Below are positions 63,291 to 64,000 of a stretch of DNA of 64,000 nucleotides, piece after piece. How positions within the stretch are numbered: position 1 is the first letter of the stretch; each line of letters begins with the position of its first letter. Origin of the DNA: Sphyrna mokarran (Eukaryota); assembly GCA_024679065.1 (NCBI GenBank), contig JAGIQG010000016.1, forward strand, positions 14,942,001-15,006,000, read 5' to 3'. A program made the position numbers and the translations under genes. Below the pieces are notes generated by a model. The model did no database searches, had not been told where the DNA came from, and was given only the letters and a program-made list of their open reading frames with translations.

Positions 63291-64000
63291 ACCCAAAACC
63301 ACATAGTCAAGGGTTTGGAAGTATTTGCAATTGTACATTGCAATTATACGTTGAACTTGGTCTCAGACATGCACACTACTTGACAAACAACATGGCATGA
63401 AATGGTTAATGGGGCTAATAGAATGAAGCAACATCATTAAATGATCAAGGACTGACAGAAACTACATAAGAAAAATTAATTTCAAAACAATTGGGACAGA
63501 ATTAAACTCAACACCTATCAAAATGAGCAAAATTAGAGTAAGAGGGTAAATCAATTAGATGGGAACAATTAAAAGTCTAGTAACGAATAAACCTGATGAG
63601 GTTTATTCTCATATCCATAAGTTGGATATGATACCTGGAGAGCTGGAGAATATTTTAAGTCAATGCCCAATGTTATTTTGAATGATACTGAATGAGACAA
63701 TCTGTGGTGGTGAGTATCAAGGAGAAAGGAGCATCCATTTAACTTTTCAGACGTCACATTCAAGTTACAATATTTTATGGAATATTAATGGAATTTAACA
63801 CAAATTGTATGAAGAGGAAACTAAAATGTAAATGGAAAAAGAGAAGTGGATTTTCTTGTTGAATAGACCACCCCACTCAATGGTTAGAAAAAAGAAAATG
63901 ATCAAGGATAGTAATGAGACAAGGTGTGAAGGAGTAAGATCCCTAAAAATCAAGTTGCACTGACATTTAATCCATGTAGGAATCAATGACTGGAATTAAT

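Noticed and set aside
63630-63670. Donor-like CTCCAG|gtatca resembling the end of POU2F2 exon 1
   Set aside because: The frame needed to join exon 2 has a TGA nine codons upstream and no ATG.

Overview
Eukaryotic genomic DNA, almost certainly from a cartilaginous fish (shark-type HE1/V-SINEs, SacSINE1-like SINE, CR1 and Penelope elements); there is one assembly gap at 141-277. The only host gene I can support is POU2F2 (Oct-2) on the minus strand. Five internal coding exons (18847-18912, 16129-16163, 13901-13963, 7067-7180, 912-1103) have canonical AG/GT ends and splice in frame to EIRMNKGTECENPSLDSELELSDTERNGPDTNHQTHSNKVPSFSTSPAPSNFSTKFKVEDASESAQAPTQMPQQQQGHLPQAQLMLASTQLAGLTALLPAQQQLLLQQAQAQLLAAAVQQ...QPIQITAQ. 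The POU-domain exons lie left of the window and I could not find exon 1, so 18.9-64 kb is probably intron 1. The rest is dominated by minisatellites (16-78 bp units, including a ~15 kb 21/17-bp array) and nested, decayed retroelements. Almost all long ORFs in the track are repeat artefacts or TE remnants. I found no convincing new multi-gene system. The best leads are a TIR-bounded element with LTR/PBS-like internals and two opposed hammerhead ribozyme motifs, a CR1 subfamily carrying a V-SINE in its 3' UTR, an inverted Penelope insertion with a 14-bp target duplication, a doubled-octamer enhancer candidate inside the Oct-2 gene, and a skippable Q/A-rich exon between CU- and CA-rich tracts. 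Family names come from my recall of consensus motifs, not from database searches; TE boundaries are approximate.
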